A DNA stretch of 63,323 nt, counting the filler, from Reticulomyxa filosa (Eukaryota; Protista; Foraminifera), in the NCBI GenBank assembly GCA_000512085.1. It is 21 parts of 21 records of this genome, joined end to end, with 100 filler letters (N's around TTAATTAATTAA, not from the genome) between each part and the next. Parts side by side here need not be neighbours in the genome. Positions count along the whole stretch, not along the records: positions 61,528 to 63,323 come from ASPP01012540.1; 20 more parts are not named here. One strand, given 5' to 3'. The notes beneath the pieces are model-generated. The model made no database searches and had not been told where the DNA came from. It was given only the letters and a program-made list of their open reading frames with translations. Positions 61,948-63,323 of this stretch are shown one piece after another; the stretch's first letter is position 1; each line of letters begins with the position of its first letter. The translations under genes and the position numbers were made by a program.

Positions 61948-62677
61948 TTAAAGCTTGTTTGCTGCCGTAGGCGGTGCCTTGTAATCGGGCATCCGCACAG
62001 CGAATCCATTGGGGTAGCGCAAATCCACATACGTGATGCGGTATGGCAAGGTTGCCAGGCTGCGTGGCCAGTGTTCGACAAAGCGCGACAAGCGCTCGCC
62101 TACCGGGCCGCGACCCAACTCCAGCACTACCCCCGTTATCCAGTTCCATCTTCCAGGCCCGCCGCTCGGTCAGCCACAGCCGTATCGGCTGCAATCTGGC
62201 GGGCTGCAGACGCTGCCGGAAGTCCTGCAGTGCCTGCGTCATCTCCTTCTCGCTTGCCGCCGGCCCGAACAGCACCGGCAGCGGCTGGTCGCTAGCGGCA
62301 TCGAACCAACGCGCCCGGGTGCTGATCAGCCCCTGATCCCCCCAGCGTGCCAGCGCCACGTGTTCGCTGACCGTGATATCCAGCCGGTCCGGCCAGGCAC
62401 GCCGCACCTGTACCTCATCCACCCACGGCAGCTTCTCGAAAGCCTGTCGCGTCTTGTTGATATCCAGCGTGAAGAACGTGCCGCTCAACTCGTTCTGCGC
62501 GATGTACTTCAACTGCACCGGCGTCACCTTGGCTACCTGGCCACTGAGGTGAATGCGCTTCACCGGAAACAGTGGCGAATGCGTCACCCAATACCCGCCG
62601 GCGTACAACAACATCAGCAGCGAGGCCGTCAGCAACAAGTTGGCGATGGCCCGCAATACAGCATGGTTATCCCACAT
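61948..62677 (-). CDS. ftsQ: Cell division protein FtsQ (one extra base in the C5 run 62130-62134)
   Basis: MWDN start, TM helix, [20 protein letters not shown]. The corrected frame ends [13 protein letters not shown]...NKL*. Confidence 0.95.
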
Positions 62678-63323
62678 GAGCGGCAGCCAGCACCTTCACG
62701 CACAGGTCCTCGTAGCTCAAAACCTTCTGCCCGTGCAGCCATCGGTACCAGGCTGTGGCTGGTCATGCCGGGGTTGGTATTGGCTTCCAGCAAGTAGATA
62801 CCGCCCTGCTCGTCCATCAGGAAGTCGATACGCGCCCAGCCCTGGCAACCCAGTACCTTGAACGCCTGCAACGCCAGGCTGCGCGCACGCGCTTCCAGCG
62901 CATCGCTCAGGCCGGACGGGCAGCGGTAAACCGTGTCATCGCGGAAGTACTTGGCCTGATAGTCGTAGTACTCGGTTGCCGGCTCGATCTTGATGGTGGG
63001 GTAGGCCTGGCCGTCGATCACGGCACAGGTGTACTCGCCCCCCCCAATAAACTGCTCGGCGATCACGATGCTGTCGTACTGACGCGCCTCTTCGTACGCC
63101 GCCTTCAGGCCACCGTGTGTTTTTACCTTGGTCACACCGATGCTGGAGCCTTCGGTGGACGGCTTCACGAAAATCGGCAGCCCAAGTTGTTGTTCGATGG
63201 CGTCGAAATCGCTGTCGTCGCTCAGCAGCTCGAACGCCGGAATCGGCAGCCCGGCACCCTTCCACAGCAGCTTGGTACGCCATTTATCCATGCAGATGGC
63301 CGATGCCATCACGCCACAACCGG
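62667..63323 (-). CDS. ddl: D-alanine--D-alanine ligase, 5' partial (one extra base in the A4 run 62719-62722)
   Basis: [41 protein letters not shown]. The corrected end is [18 protein letters not shown], overlapping the ftsQ ATG by 11 bp. Confidence 0.97.

Noticed and set aside
61631-62861. Long plus-strand ORFs opposite ftsA/ftsQ/ddl
   Set aside because: Antisense shadows of GC-rich genes.
1-63323. Gene neighbourhood or cluster arguments across the window
   Set aside because: Adjacency across spacers is arbitrary; only within-contig order is meaningful.

Overview
This window is not one locus. It is 21 short, unlinked contigs joined by 20 identical artificial 100-nt spacers (N44-TTAATTAATTAA-N44). 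Nineteen contigs come from an AT-rich, intron-containing eukaryote using the standard code. The expanded WD40/TPR families, N-rich low-complexity proteins and many gene relics point to the foraminiferan Reticulomyxa filosa or a close rhizarian (inference, not a database hit). Two contigs are GC-rich bacterial co-assembly: hydrolase/sulfotransferase/NodT (15694-17119) and ddl-ftsQ-ftsA (61528-63323). Manual splicing recovers genes the ORF track misses or fragments: a lamin-like protein, a jacalin lectin, a pyruvate-kinase-like protein with a degenerate active-site motif, ATG8, Rab7, Bud32, RPF2, LTV1, U2AF65, DPP8/9, an RluA pseudouridine synthase, a WWE-PARP, a TM-RGS protein, an HtrL-like protein and a pectinacetylesterase. 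The most interesting signals are: (1) a lamin-type head/coil-1A protein; (2) repeat-receptor proteins (PB1-like + Cys-less caspase fold + TPR array; NACHT-type + pentapeptide + 16 WD40); (3) an orphan 7TM family seen on three contigs; (4) coding fragments whose synonymous sites are almost all A/T while the protein is conserved; (5) unusual intron signals (GTT donors, poly-A before the 3' AG). Most frameshifts lie in homopolymers and look like sequencing errors.
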